Source of the DNA: Burkholderiales bacterium
GTDB taxonomy: Bacteria; Pseudomonadota; Gammaproteobacteria; Burkholderiales; SG8-39
NCBI GenBank assembly: GCA_035266805.1
Contig: DATFMS010000113.1
Coordinates: 1 to 42,249 of the forward strand
Direction of reading: 5' to 3'
DNA: 42,249 nt
Shown here: positions 8,387 through 16,524 of the stretch, piece by piece
Numbering within the stretch: position 1 is the first letter of the stretch
Layout of the letters: each line of letters starts with the position of its first letter
The notes under the pieces: model-generated
Told to the model about the DNA's origin: nothing
The model's input: the letters and a program-made list of their open reading frames with translations, nothing else
Databases searched by the model: none
Position numbers and translations under genes: made by a program

Positions 8387-9631
8387 CTAGGACCGCTTCT
8401 TCGGCGCGACGGCCTCGGCCACGGTGGTCTGCTCGCCGATCTCGAGCTTGGCGATCTGGTTGCGGTGCACCTCGTCCGGGCCATCAGCGAAGCGCAGCGT
8501 CCTGGCGTGCGCGTACGCCGCGGCGAGGCCGAAGTCCTCGGCGACGCCGCCGCCGCCGTGCGCCTGCATCGCCCAGTCGATCACCTTGCAGGCCATGTTC
8601 GGCGCCAGGACCTTGATCATGGCGATTTCCTTGCGCGCCACCTTGTTGCCGACCGTGTCCATCTTCCAGGCCGCGTTGAGCACCATGAAGCGCGCCGAGT
8701 CGATCATGATGCGTGCCTCGGCGATGCGCTCGCGCGTCACGCCCTGCTCCGCGACCGTGCGGCCGAAGGCGACGCGCGCGCTCGCGCGCTTGCACATCTT
8801 CTCCAGCGCGCGCTCGGCCTGGCCGATCAGTCGCATGCAGTGATGGATGCGGCCCGGCCCGAGGCGGCCCTGGGCGATCTCGAAGCCACGTCCTTCGCCC
8901 AGCAGGATGTTGGACGCCGGCACGCGCACGTCCTTGAGCTCGATCTCCATGTGCCCGTGCGGCGCATCGTCGTAGCCGAACACCTTGAGATGGCGCACGA
9001 TCCTGACTCCCGGCAGGCCGGCCGCGACCAGGATCATCGACTGCTGGCTGTGGCGCGACGGATTGTCGGGCGAGGTCTTGCCCATCAGGACGTAGACCTT
9101 GCAGCGCGGGTCGCCAGCGCCAGAAGACCACCACTTGGTGCCGTTGATGACGTAGTGGTCGCCGTCGAGCTTGATGCGGGTCTGGATGTTGGTCGCGTCG
9201 GACGACGCCACCGCCGGCTCGGTCATCAGGAACGCCGAACGGATCTTGCCCTCCAGCAGCGGATTGAGCCACTCGTCCTTCTGCGCCTCGGTGCCGTAGC
9301 GCTCGATCGTTTCCATGTTGCCGGTGTCGGGCGCAGAGCAGTTGAAGACCTCGGGCGCCCAGCTCACGCGGCCCATGATCTCGCACAGCGGCGCGTACTC
9401 GAGATTCGACAGCCCCTCGGGCGCGCGCGGCGAGCGCGGCAGGAACAGGTTCCACAGGCCCGCAGCGCGCGCCTTGGGCTTGAGCGCCTCGATGATCGGC
9501 ACCGGCTGCCAGCGGTCGGGGCCGTTGCAGTGGTCGTACCAGGCCTTTTCGTTCGGATAGATGTGCTCGTTCATGAAGGCGACGAGCTTCTTCTGCAGCT
9601 CCTTAACCTTGGGTGAATACTCGAAGTCCAT
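8387..9631 (-). CDS. Acyl-CoA dehydrogenase of the ACAD10/ACAD11 / LvaC type
   Basis: 414 aa: [28 protein letters not shown]..., [48 protein letters not shown]. Lies 9 nt downstream of the phosphotransferase gene. Confidence 0.88.
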   Translation of the reverse strand: MDFEYSPKVKELQKKLVAFMNEHIYPNEKAWYDHCNGPDRWQPVPIIEALKPKARAAGLWNLFLPRSPRAPEGLSNLEYAPLCEIMGRVSWAPEVFNCSAPDTGNMETIERYGTEAQKDEWLNPLLEGKIRSAFLMTEPAVASSDATNIQTRIKLDGDHYVINGTKWWSSGAGDPRCKVYVLMGKTSPDNPSRHSQQSMILVAAGLPGVRIVRHLKVFGYDDAPHGHMEIELKDVRVPASNILLGEGRGFEIAQGRLGPGRIHHCMRLIGQAERALEKMCKRASARVAFGRTVAEQGVTRERIAEARIMIDSARFMVLNAAWKMDTVGNKVARKEIAMIKVLAPNMACKVIDWAMQAHGGGGVAEDFGLAAAYAHARTLRFADGPDEVHRNQIAKLEIGEQTTVAEAVAPKKRS

Positions 9632-9640
9632 GCTCTTCTC

Positions 9641-10711
9641 CTAGGCCGCTCGTTTCAGAATTTTCTCGACTTGCTGCCAGCCGAGCTCGGCGAGCAGCGG
9701 CGCCTTGCTGCCGGCCTCAACCGCGTGCGTGCTCGCTGCCGTGCCGTCGACCACGCGCTTCTTGATGCCCTGCGTGATCGCGGCGATGCGAAACAGGTTG
9801 TACGCCATGTAGAAATCCCAGGTGCTGGGGTCGATGCCGGAGCGCCCCGAGCGCCTGCAGTACATGGCGACGTACTCCTGCTCGGTCGGGATGCCGAGCT
9901 CCTCGAACGGCAGGCCCTCTATGCCGCGGAACTTGCCCGGCGGGATGTGCCAGCTCATGCAGTGATACGCAAAATCCGCCAACGGGTGACCGAGCGTGGA
10001 CAGCTCCCAGTCGAGCACCGCCAGGATCTTCGGCTCGCTCGGGTGGAAGATGGTGTTGTCGAGCCGGTAGTCGCCGTGCACGACGCTGGTTTCGTCGCCG
10101 GGCGGGATGTTCTTCGGCAGCCAGTCGATCAGGTTGTCCATCGGCTCGATACGTTCGGTCTCGGAAGCGCGGTACTGCTTGGTCCAGCGCGCGATCTGCC
10201 GCTCGACGTAGCTGCCTTCCTTGCCGAAGCCTTCCAGGCCGACGCCCTTGTAGTCCACGCTGTGCAGCAGCGCGATCACCCGGTTCAACTCGTCCCAGAT
10301 CGCGCGCCGCTCGGCCTTCGACATGCCAGGCAGGGCCTGGTCCCACAGCACCCTGCCCTCGACGCAGTCCATGATGTAGAAGGCGGTGCCGATCACCGTA
10401 TCGTCCTCGCACAGCACGTAGGGCCGCGCCACCGGGAAGTCGACCCCGTAGAGCGCCTTGATGACGCGGAACTCCCTGTCCACCGCGTGCGCGGAAGGCA
10501 GCAGCTTGCCCGGCGGCTTGCGACGCAGCGCGTAGCGCCTGCCGCCGGCCGAGAGCCGGTACGTCGGGTTCGACTGCCCGCCGCGGAACTGCTCGATTTC
10601 AAGCTTTCCGGAATAGCCTTCGACGTTGGCGCGCATGTACTCGTCCAGGCGCGCAGGGTCGAACCGGTGACGCTCCTCGACCGGCTTGGTGCCGACGAAC
10701 TGATCGTACAT
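9641..10711 (-). CDS. Phosphotransferase-family protein (APH/choline-kinase fold), LvaA / ACAD10-11 kinase-domain type
   Basis: 356 aa with the catalytic-loop motif VVHGDYRLDNTIFH and the metal-binding motif VLDWELSTLGHPLADFA. Confidence 0.88.
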   Translation of the reverse strand: MYDQFVGTKPVEERHRFDPARLDEYMRANVEGYSGKLEIEQFRGGQSNPTYRLSAGGRRYALRRKPPGKLLPSAHAVDREFRVIKALYGVDFPVARPYVLCEDDTVIGTAFYIMDCVEGRVLWDQALPGMSKAERRAIWDELNRVIALLHSVDYKGVGLEGFGKEGSYVERQIARWTKQYRASETERIEPMDNLIDWLPKNIPPGDETSVVHGDYRLDNTIFHPSEPKILAVLDWELSTLGHPLADFAYHCMSWHIPPGKFRGIEGLPFEELGIPTEQEYVAMYCRRSGRSGIDPSTWDFYMAYNLFRIAAITQGIKKRVVDGTAASTHAVEAGSKAPLLAELGWQQVEKILKRAA

Positions 10712-10809
10712 GCGGGAAGTTGAAATTCGGGGGAATCGAAACGTGAGAAACTGGTCGCCGCAAGCTTACGCCGATTTGGCCGGTTCCGGCTAGGCAGGAG
10801 GAGAAACCG

Positions 10810-11256
10810 ATGGCAAAGGCGAAACAGGAGGCGAGCGCGAAGACTCGTGCGAAAAGGTTCAGTGTCACTCACCTCGCGAAGGCGAAGTTCGAGAAGCGGG
10901 GGCTGCGCAACTATTTCGAGTACCGCGATCTGGGAATCCGCCGCGCCACGCGCGGCAAGCTCGTGGCGCACGTGATCCGGGCGCGCCCGGGCAGGGCGCC
11001 CCACGGCGAGTGGCACGTGCACGACTGCAACGCGCAGTTCGTCTACGTGCTCAAGGGCTGGGTACGTTTCGAGTACGAGGGCGTCGGCGAGGTGCTGATG
11101 AAGGCAGGCAGCTGTTTCTACCAGCCGCCGCGCATCCGTCACCGCGAGATCGAGCACTCGAAGAACGTCGAACTGCTCGAAGTGGTGGCGCCGGCGGGCT
11201 TCAGGACCTATTCTGCGGCGAAACCTGCAGCCAGAAAGTCACCGGACCGTCGTTGA
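10810..11256 (+). CDS. Cupin-domain protein with basic Lys/Ala-rich N-terminal tail
   Basis: Strong RBS AGGAGGAG upstream. Cupin motifs [21 protein letters not shown] and [14 protein letters not shown]-terminus is [27 protein letters not shown]. Confidence 0.8.
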   Translation: MAKAKQEASAKTRAKRFSVTHLAKAKFEKRGLRNYFEYRDLGIRRATRGKLVAHVIRARPGRAPHGEWHVHDCNAQFVYVLKGWVRFEYEGVGEVLMKAGSCFYQPPRIRHREIEHSKNVELLEVVAPAGFRTYSAAKPAARKSPDRR

Positions 11257-11656
11257 CCAACCGTACCTGCATGTCGGCGCCGAAGCGGCCGCTCGCGACC
11301 GCAGCGATGCGGGCGCCGGCAAGCGCGACGAAGCGCTCGAACACGCGCTCGCCTTCGGCGGGCGGGGCGGCGCTGGAAAAGCTCGGGCGCGCGCCCTTGT
11401 GGGTGTCGGCCGCGAGCGTGAACTGCGGCACGACCAGCAGCGCGCCGCCGGATTCGGCGAGCGAAAGGTTCATCTTGCCCTCGGCGTCCGGAAAGATTCG
11501 GTAGCCGAGCACGCGCTCGACCAGGCGGCCGGCCTCGCGCTCGCCGTCCCCGCGCTCGACGCCGATCAGCGCCAGGATCCCGGCGCCGATGGCGCCCACC
11601 GTTTCGTCGCCGACGCTGACCTCGGCCTCCGAGACCCGCTGCACCAGCGCGATCAC
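11201..11656 (-). CDS. dtd: D-aminoacyl-tRNA deacylase
   Basis: MIALVQRV...[11 protein letters not shown]...[21 protein letters not shown]...[15 protein letters not shown] closely matches the E. coli Dtd pattern. GTG start overlaps the stop of the upstream gene (GTGA). Confidence 0.92.
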   Translation of the reverse strand: MIALVQRVSEAEVSVGDETVGAIGAGILALIGVERGDGEREAGRLVERVLGYRIFPDAEGKMNLSLAESGGALLVVPQFTLAADTHKGARPSFSSAAPPAEGERVFERFVALAGARIAAVASGRFGADMQVRLVNDGPVTFWLQVSPQNRS

Positions 11657-11889
11657 GCGATGATGTCCGGGATCAGCCTGTCCTTGAGCATGGCGATCTG
11701 GTCTTTCAGCATGAGCTTGCGCTTCTTCAGGCGGCGCAGCCGCAGCTGGTCGTGGATCGGGTCCTGCGAGAGCGTGGCGATGATGTAGTCCAGGTCGCTA
11801 TGCTCGACTTCGAGCGCCGTGATGCGCGCCCGGATCTGCTCCTTCTCGTCGTCGGTGAGCTGGAAGTTGGTCAAACCACGCATGCCCAT
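11653..11889 (-). CDS. DUF465 (YdcH-like) small protein
   Basis: 78 aa with ...[27 protein letters not shown], typical of DUF465. Alternative ATG at 11883. Confidence 0.7.
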   Translation of the reverse strand: MGMRGLTNFQLTDDEKEQIRARITALEVEHSDLDYIIATLSQDPIHDQLRLRRLKKRKLMLKDQIAMLKDRLIPDIIA

Positions 11890-12038
11890 GACAAATATTT
11901 ACGCGCGCCGCCACTTCATCCGTGACGTGATCCACAGACAGGCTGCTGCGGCCGGACCATCCTATCCCTACTTGCGGGCACGGAAAAGGGGCCGCGGGGC
12001 GCCGCACCCAGCGCGGCCGGCACCTCGTCAGTCAAAAT

Positions 12039-12995
12039 ATGCGGCGCAACGATTACGACGTTACAGGCAGCATCCGGACGACCAGCCCTGCGCCCGTCAA
12101 AGCCGAAGTCGAGCGTCTGTACAGGGAACTGTACGAAGTCGCCCCCGCCAAAGCCATCGAACGCGCGTTCGCCGACATCGAAAAGATCTACCGCGGCGAG
12201 CATTCCGAGTACTACGCCTGCGACACCAGCTACCACGACCTGCAGCACGTGCTCGAGGTTACGCTGGCGATGTCGCGCCTGATGGACGGCTACGAGCGCA
12301 GCCGGCGCAACGGCACTCCCCATCTGCCGCCCGAATTGTTCATGCTCGGCGTGATTTCGGCCCTGTTCCACGACTTCGGCTACCTGCGCCGGCGCAGCGA
12401 CCGGCGTCACAGCAACGGCGCCGAATACACCTTGGTGCACGTTTCGCGCGGCGCTGCCTTTTTGCGGCGCTACATGCGCGAACTGGGCACCGGCCGGCTG
12501 TCCGACATCGCCGCCAAGCTGCTGCACTACACCGGCTACGAGCGGCCGGTCGAGCGGATCCGCGTCGCCGATTCGCTGATTCGCCGCGTTGGCCAGATGC
12601 TCGGCACTGCGGATATCATTGCCCAGATGGCCGACCGCTGCTATCTGGAGAAATGCCGCGACCGCCTGTACCCGGAGTTCGTGCTCGGCGGGATCGCACG
12701 CCGCGAACTCCCCGGCGGCTTCACGCAGGACTTGTTCCGCTCGGGCGACGATCTGGTGCGCAAGACGCCGGACTTCTACCGCAACGCAGCGCGGCGACTC
12801 GACCTGCAGCTGGCGCACGCCTACGTCTATGCCGAAGGCCACTTCGGCGGCCAGAATCTCTACCTCGAGGAAATGCTGAAGAACGTGCGCCACGCGCGAT
12901 CGCTGGCGGACGCTCCTTCTGACGCTGACGTGCTGCGCCGCATGCCGCCCGTGACGTTGACTCCCGAGGCCGACCCCGACCCGAAAGACGAGTGA
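12039..12995 (+). CDS. HD-domain (metal-dependent phosphohydrolase-like) protein, function unknown
   Basis: 318 aa. Has H...HD pattern: SYHDLQHVLEV followed about 45 aa later by ALFHDFGYL. High GC3 coding signal. No obvious Shine-Dalgarno sequence. Confidence 0.6.
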   Translation: MRRNDYDVTGSIRTTSPAPVKAEVERLYRELYEVAPAKAIERAFADIEKIYRGEHSEYYACDTSYHDLQHVLEVTLAMSRLMDGYERSRRNGTPHLPPELFMLGVISALFHDFGYLRRRSDRRHSNGAEYTLVHVSRGAAFLRRYMRELGTGRLSDIAAKLLHYTGYERPVERIRVADSLIRRVGQMLGTADIIAQMADRCYLEKCRDRLYPEFVLGGIARRELPGGFTQDLFRSGDDLVRKTPDFYRNAARRLDLQLAHAYVYAEGHFGGQNLYLEEMLKNVRHARSLADAPSDADVLRRMPPVTLTPEADPDPKDE

Positions 12996-13010
12996 TCCAC
13001 TGATCTGCGG

Positions 13011-13862
13011 ATGCGGCTCCTGAGCTGGAACGTCCAGTGGTGCCGCGGCATGGACGGCGCGGTCGACCCGTCGCGCATCGCCCGCGAGGCGCGCCGCCTG
13101 GCCGACCCCGACCTGCTCTGCCTGCAGGAGGTGGCGGACAACTTCCCCGCGCTCGCCGGCAGCAGCGGCGAGAACCAGGCCGAACTGCTGGCGCGCGAGT
13201 TCCCGGGTTACCAGGCGGCGTACGGTTGGGGCGTCGACCTGCCGGACGACGCCGGCGGGCGGCGCCGCTTCGGCGACCTGATCCTGTCGCGCTTGCCGCT
13301 GCAGCAGGTCCTGCGCCACTCGCTGCCGTGGCCGGCCACGTCGGCTACCCCGAGCATGCCGCGCGTCGCGCTCGAAGTCGTTGTCACGACCGCGTTCGGT
13401 CCCTTGCGCGTCACGACCACGCACCTGGAGTACTACTCGGCTGCCCATCGCGCGGCGCAGGTCGAGCGGCTGCGCGAGCTGCACGCCGAGGCCTGTGCCC
13501 ACGCCCGCGCCCCGGCCTCGCCGCCGGTCGATGCCGGGCCTTTCCGGCATCCGGCCCGCCCTGCGTCGGCGGTCCTGTGCGGAGACTTCAACCTGCGGCC
13601 GGACGATCCGCTGCACGCGCGCCTGCAGGCCGGCTTCGCCGACGGCGCGCCGCGCCTGATCGATGCCTGGCAACACGCGTATCCGGAGATCGCACACCCC
13701 CCGAGCTTCCGCTTGCACGACGCAGCGCGCGGCGAGACGCCCTATTGCTGCGATTTCATCATGGTGAGTGAGGATCTTGCGCCGCGCGTGTGCGCGCTCG
13801 CCGTCGACGCACGGACGCAGGCCTCAGACCACCAGCCGGTGGTGCTCGAGCTCAGGTGCTGA
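13011..13862 (+). CDS. Endonuclease/exonuclease/phosphatase (EEP) family protein
   Basis: LLSWNVQW, LLCLQEV, ...GDFNLRPDD..., and C-terminal SDHQPVVLEL are the EEP catalytic motifs. Confidence 0.85.
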   Translation: MRLLSWNVQWCRGMDGAVDPSRIAREARRLADPDLLCLQEVADNFPALAGSSGENQAELLAREFPGYQAAYGWGVDLPDDAGGRRRFGDLILSRLPLQQVLRHSLPWPATSATPSMPRVALEVVVTTAFGPLRVTTTHLEYYSAAHRAAQVERLRELHAEACAHARAPASPPVDAGPFRHPARPASAVLCGDFNLRPDDPLHARLQAGFADGAPRLIDAWQHAYPEIAHPPSFRLHDAARGETPYCCDFIMVSEDLAPRVCALAVDARTQASDHQPVVLELRC

Positions 13863-14352
13863 CGCGGCGCAGGATCAGCGCCCGGATCGCCTCGATGCGC
13901 TTGCGATTCACACCCAAGTCGCGCCGGCCGAGGCGTGAGGCCGAGCGCAGCTGGATCAATCCGGCCTTGTCGTCGTATGCGAACTCGACGTCGTCGACGA
14001 ACCCCATCAGCCGCGAGCGGAACTCGGCGTAGAGATAGTCCGGCTCGTGCCGCACTATCGTTGCGCGCGGCATGCTGTCGACCGCCCTCCGCACCGCGGC
14101 CATCGCTTCGACCGGGGCGCCCTGGAACGGAATCGGGGCGATGTAGTGCACCGCGTCCGCCGGGTCCGCCTGAGACGAGACGCAATTCGGCGACCGCCGG
14201 CACGGCGCGAGCCTGCCGTCGTGCAGGCCGAGGTTGACTGGACGCTTGCCTGCAAACATGGTGTCTCCCGGAGTGAGCACGGTGTGCAGCGCGACCCCCG
14301 CGGGGGCGCCGGCGAGGAGCAGGAATACGACCAGGAGCACCCGCTTCAGCAT
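13852..14352 (-). CDS. DUF1499-family protein with signal peptide
   Basis: Start taken at MLKRVLLVVFLLLAGAPAGVA (signal-like). Contains SPNCVSSQ and FVDDVEF, typical of DUF1499. The upstream part of the track ORF is not protein-like. Confidence 0.7.
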   Translation of the reverse strand: MLKRVLLVVFLLLAGAPAGVALHTVLTPGDTMFAGKRPVNLGLHDGRLAPCRRSPNCVSSQADPADAVHYIAPIPFQGAPVEAMAAVRRAVDSMPRATIVRHEPDYLYAEFRSRLMGFVDDVEFAYDDKAGLIQLRSASRLGRRDLGVNRKRIEAIRALILRRVST

Positions 14353-14439
14353 TCGATGCGCGCTTTCGGGGAAATTCGCGCGGATGTTACCATCGTACAT
14401 CGCTGGTTTCGGGCGGGTCTTTTCCTCTGGAGGATCGCC

Positions 14440-14808
14440 ATGCTGCAAATATCCGCGCAACAACTCGCCGAACTGCTCTCGGGCATCGCCCGCGCTCAGG
14501 CAGCCGTCGTCCTGGGGCTCGAAACCGCCACGCCGGGCACGCGCGGCAACTACGTCCTGCCGGCAATCCAGAACGTTTCGCATCTGCGCGACCACCCCTA
14601 TCCGACCCTGGTCGATCTTCCGGTTCGCATGCTGCTTTCGTACATGGGGCGCATGGGGCCCGACATCGACGCGGTGGCGCGCGACCTGGAGCGGCTGCTG
14701 GGCAGCGACACCGAAGACGTCGCGATGCCGGGCGCACCGAGCGAAGTAACGCTGGGCGAGCCCGCCGCCGACGCCGGCGACTCGCTGGACTTCAGCGGCA
14801 ACGGCTAG
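14440..14808 (+). CDS. Hypothetical protein (122 aa)
   Basis: GGAGGA lies 6 nt upstream of the ATG. Strong GC3 bias. Translation [28 protein letters not shown]... with an acidic C-terminus. No family recognised. Confidence 0.6.
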   Translation: MLQISAQQLAELLSGIARAQAAVVLGLETATPGTRGNYVLPAIQNVSHLRDHPYPTLVDLPVRMLLSYMGRMGPDIDAVARDLERLLGSDTEDVAMPGAPSEVTLGEPAADAGDSLDFSGNG

Positions 14809-15614
14809 AAATCCTCAGGCGCCGGCGGGAACGAGGGTTTCCTCTTTTCGCGATGCGAAGCAATGCCTTCCTTCACCTCGGGCCCGCTGAAGCCGAGAAA
14901 CTCGAGCGCGAGCGAGGCGTCGAAGCTGGGCCCCGCCATGCGCAGCCAGTTGTTGAGGCTGTACTTGGTCCAGCGCAGCGCGGTCTGCGCCCCCGCGGCG
15001 AGCTTGCGCGCCACCTCCAGCGACTTCCCCCGCAGCTCGCCCTCTTCGCAGCACAGCGAGACCAGCCCGATCCTTTCGGCTTCCTCGCCGCTGATCTGCT
15101 CGCAGGTGAGCAGGTAGTACTTCGCTTTCGCCATGCCGCACAGCAGCGGCCACACGATCGCCGCGTGGTCGCCCGCCGCGACGCCGAGCCGGGTGTGGCC
15201 GTCGATGATGCGCGCGTTCCTCGCCGCGATCGACACGTCGGCCAGCAGCCCGGCGACCAGCCCGGCCCCGACCGCCGGGCCGTGCATCGCCGAAACCACC
15301 AGCTTGGAGCAGTTGATCACGTTGTAGACCAGGTCGCGCGCCTCGCGCCAGACGCGCGCCCGCGCCGCGAAGTCGGTCGTGATCTGCTCGACCATCGCCA
15401 GGTCGCCGCCGGCGGAGAAGCCCTTGCCTGCACCGCGCAGGATCGCGACCCGCGTCTCCGGATCGCGGTCGACGTCGAGCCAGATCCGCGCCAGCTCGGC
15501 GTGCATGCGCGCCGTGGCGGTCGAGAGCTTGCCGCCTTCCTCGCCCATCACGATTTCCAGGATTCCCGGCTCGAGGCGCCGGATCTTCAGGTCTTGGTAT
15601 GTGGAGTAGTCCAT
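14805..15614 (-). CDS. Enoyl-CoA hydratase/isomerase (crotonase) family protein
   Basis: 269 aa with the crotonase pattern [14 protein letters not shown] ... [18 protein letters not shown]. Confidence 0.88.
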   Translation of the reverse strand: MDYSTYQDLKIRRLEPGILEIVMGEEGGKLSTATARMHAELARIWLDVDRDPETRVAILRGAGKGFSAGGDLAMVEQITTDFAARARVWREARDLVYNVINCSKLVVSAMHGPAVGAGLVAGLLADVSIAARNARIIDGHTRLGVAAGDHAAIVWPLLCGMAKAKYYLLTCEQISGEEAERIGLVSLCCEEGELRGKSLEVARKLAAGAQTALRWTKYSLNNWLRMAGPSFDASLALEFLGFSGPEVKEGIASHREKRKPSFPPAPEDF

Positions 15615-15620
15615 GCGGTC

Positions 15621-15630
15621 ATTCTACAAT
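15621..15630. promoter_or_regulatory. Overlapping divergent -10 boxes: TACAAT on the plus strand, TAGAAT on the minus strand
   Basis: AT-rich decamer ATTCTACAAT in the centre of a 22-nt divergent gap. Each hexamer lies exactly 6 nt from the ATG of its gene (15637 and 15614). Confidence 0.45.
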
Positions 15631-15636
15631 CCGGCC

Positions 15637-16524
15637 ATGGCGAACATCCTGCGCACTCCCGACGAGCGTTTCGCCGCCCTGCCGGGCTACCCCTGGGCGC
15701 CGCGCTACCTCGAGTGGCGGGGCTTGAGGGTGCATTACCTCGACGAAGGTCCGGCCGACGCGCCCGTGTTCCTCTGCCTGCACGGCGAGCCGACCTGGAG
15801 CTACCTCTACCGGCGCATGCTGCCGCCGTTTCTCGCCGGCGGGGCGCGCGTGGTGGCGCCCGACTTCGTAGGCTTCGGCCGCTCCGACAAGCCCGAAGAC
15901 GAAGCCGCCTACGGCTTCGATTTCCACCGCGCGCTGCTGCTCGACCTGGTCGAGCGGCTGGATCTGCGTCGCATCACGCTGGTGGTGCAGGACTGGGGCG
16001 GGCTGCTCGGGCTCACCGCGCCGATGGAGGCGCCGGGGCGCTACGTGCGGCTGCTGGTGATGAACACCGCGCTCGGCACCGGCGACACGCCGCTGTCGGA
16101 GGGCTTCATCGCCTGGCGCGCGTACGTCAACAAGAATCCCGACCTCGCCTGCGGCAAGCTGCTCAAGCGTACCTGCCCGCACCTGCGCGACGAGGAAGCG
16201 GCGGCCTACGACGCGCCGTTTCCCGACGCACGCCACAAGGCCGGCGTGCGAAGCTTCCCGAACCTGGTGCCGGACCGGCCCGACGCTCCGGGCGCCGCGA
16301 TCTCGCGCCGCGCGCGCGACTGGTGGCGAAACGCCTGGCGCGGCGAGTCGTTCATGGCCGTGGGGGCGCGAGACCCGGTGCTCGGCCCGCCCGTCATGCA
16401 GGCGCTGCGCGGCGTCATTCGCGGCTGTCCCGAGCCGTGGCTGCATGCCGAAGGCGGGCATTTCCTGCAGGAGTGGGGCGAAGAAGTCGCGGGCGCGGCG
16501 CTCGCCCACTGGGGCGGCGCGTGA
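15637..16524 (+). CDS. Haloalkane dehalogenase, HLD-I (DhlA-like) alpha/beta hydrolase
   Basis: VFLCLHGEPTWSYLYRRM, APDFVGFGRSDKP, ITLVVQDWGG (Asp nucleophile plus Trp), FIAWRAY, APFPDARHKAGVRSFP, GCPEP and GGHFLQEWGEEVA all parallel the Xanthobacter DhlA sequence as I recall it. Confidence 0.85.
   Translation: MANILRTPDERFAALPGYPWAPRYLEWRGLRVHYLDEGPADAPVFLCLHGEPTWSYLYRRMLPPFLAGGARVVAPDFVGFGRSDKPEDEAAYGFDFHRALLLDLVERLDLRRITLVVQDWGGLLGLTAPMEAPGRYVRLLVMNTALGTGDTPLSEGFIAWRAYVNKNPDLACGKLLKRTCPHLRDEEAAAYDAPFPDARHKAGVRSFPNLVPDRPDAPGAAISRRARDWWRNAWRGESFMAVGARDPVLGPPVMQALRGVIRGCPEPWLHAEGGHFLQEWGEEVAGAALAHWGGA

Noticed and set aside
7717-8484. 255-aa version of the GST ORF with a 40-aa N-terminal extension that overlaps the ACAD gene
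   Set aside because: The extension is Arg/Ser/Pro-rich. An internal ATG with GGAGGA gives a canonical GST N-terminus. Similar trimming was applied to the ORFs at 13852-14595, 30330-31595, 36303-37637, 37662-38351, 38240-38581 and 40552-41226.
10722-10757. Direct repeat GAAAC-GTGA-GAAAC and an AT-richer stretch upstream of the phosphotransferase gene, considered as a second PsrA site
   Set aside because: The half-sites are direct rather than inverted and do not fit CAAAC-N2-4-GTTTG. No other palindrome of that type was found by eye in the window.
11890-12038. 149-nt intergenic region checked for a tRNA or small RNA gene
   Set aside because: There is no cloverleaf-compatible arms or T-loop (GTTCGAATC-like) sequence and no terminator. 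It most likely holds divergent promoters (AAATATTT box next to the DUF465 start). All other intergenic gaps are shorter than 135 nt and equally lack RNA-gene features.
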